Part shown: positions 23,803 to 24,000 of the stretch, piece after piece
How the letters are laid out: the number at the start of each line of letters is the position of its first letter
Numbering within the stretch: the stretch's first letter is position 1
Assembly (NCBI RefSeq): GCF_012027355.1
Contig: NZ_SNUH01000002.1
Coordinates: 293,991-317,990, forward strand
Direction of reading: 5' to 3'
DNA from: Thermococcus sp. M36
Lineage (GTDB): Archaea > Methanobacteriota_B > Thermococci > Thermococcales > Thermococcaceae
Length of the DNA stretch: 24,000 nt
Notes under the pieces: generated by a model
What the model saw: the letters and a program-made list of their open reading frames with translations, nothing else
Told to the model about the DNA's origin: nothing
Databases searched by the model: none
Made by a program: the position numbers and the translations under genes

Positions 23803-24000
23803 CTCCTCATTTTCCTCACGCAGGCTGGGGCTAAAGCGCCGAAGAGGAGAAAAGCCGGCCCGCAGATGCCCTTTTTGGTTTCTTTTGTGTTGGTTTGTGT
23901 TTTTGTTGTATTAGGAGACGTCTTTGTTGTGTAGGTTGTGCCGTTGGTCTCAACGGCCATGCTGGTAGATGTATTCGCACTGATCTTGCAGACCGTCACG
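23778..24000 (-). CDS. C-terminal part of a third protein with a canonical Cys-Gly-Pro CGP-CTERM tail. The N-terminus lies beyond the right edge.
   Basis: The frame is open to the window edge, so the M in the track is an artefact of the window boundary. The sequence reads ...NGTTYTTKTSPNTTKTQTNTKETKKGICGPAFLLFGALAPACVRKMRR... Its 3' end overlaps the start of the 324-aa gene by 25 nt. Confidence 0.65.
   Translation of the reverse strand, partial: VTVCKISANTSTSMAVETNGTTYTTKTSPNTTKTQTNTKETKKGICGPAFLLFGALAPACVRKMRRWRVSESS

Overview
This window looks like a Thermococcales (probably Thermococcus) chromosomal segment. The evidence is reverse gyrase, a TrmBL2-type regulator, an ADP-forming acetyl-CoA synthetase beta subunit, CGP-CTERM-type tails, GGTGA-type Shine-Dalgarno (SD) sequences and TTTATA-type TATA boxes.

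Positions 1-12,696, all on the minus strand, form a composite CRISPR-Cas locus with no CRISPR array in view. Read 5'->3' on the minus strand it contains:
- cas6.
- A second type I effector module (I-B/Cst-like) with atypical parts: Cas3 ordered helicase-then-HD, a short cysteine-free Cas8-like protein, a separately encoded 109-aa Cas11-like ORF, a DevR/Cst2-type Cas7, and Cas5.
- After a 113-nt AT-rich spacer with dyad symmetry, a cas4-orf55-cas1 adaptation cassette with no recognisable cas2.
- After an oligo-T tract and a TATA box, a canonical type I-A (Csa) module: csa5-cas7(csa2)-cas5a-cas8a2-cas3'. The cas3' gene runs off the left edge and is missing from the supplied ORF track.

Positions 12.8-20.7 kb are housekeeping genes: acdB, a DUF4140/DUF4139-like exported protein, a small hypothetical, a SWIM zinc-finger protein, reverse gyrase (1227 aa, no intein) and trmBL2.

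Positions 20.7-24.0 kb, on the minus strand, are an accessory-looking cluster. It holds three paralogous, sequon-rich secreted proteins ending in Cys-Gly-x hydrophobic/basic tails, plus a Cys-rich enzyme-like protein that may be a TIM barrel.

The items most worth follow-up are the variant type I module (split large/small subunit, C-terminal HD Cas3), the cas2-less adaptation cassette with its coupled 55-aa ORF and palindromic control region, and the CGP-CTERM paralog cluster. All family assignments come from motif recognition and gene order by eye. No database search was run.
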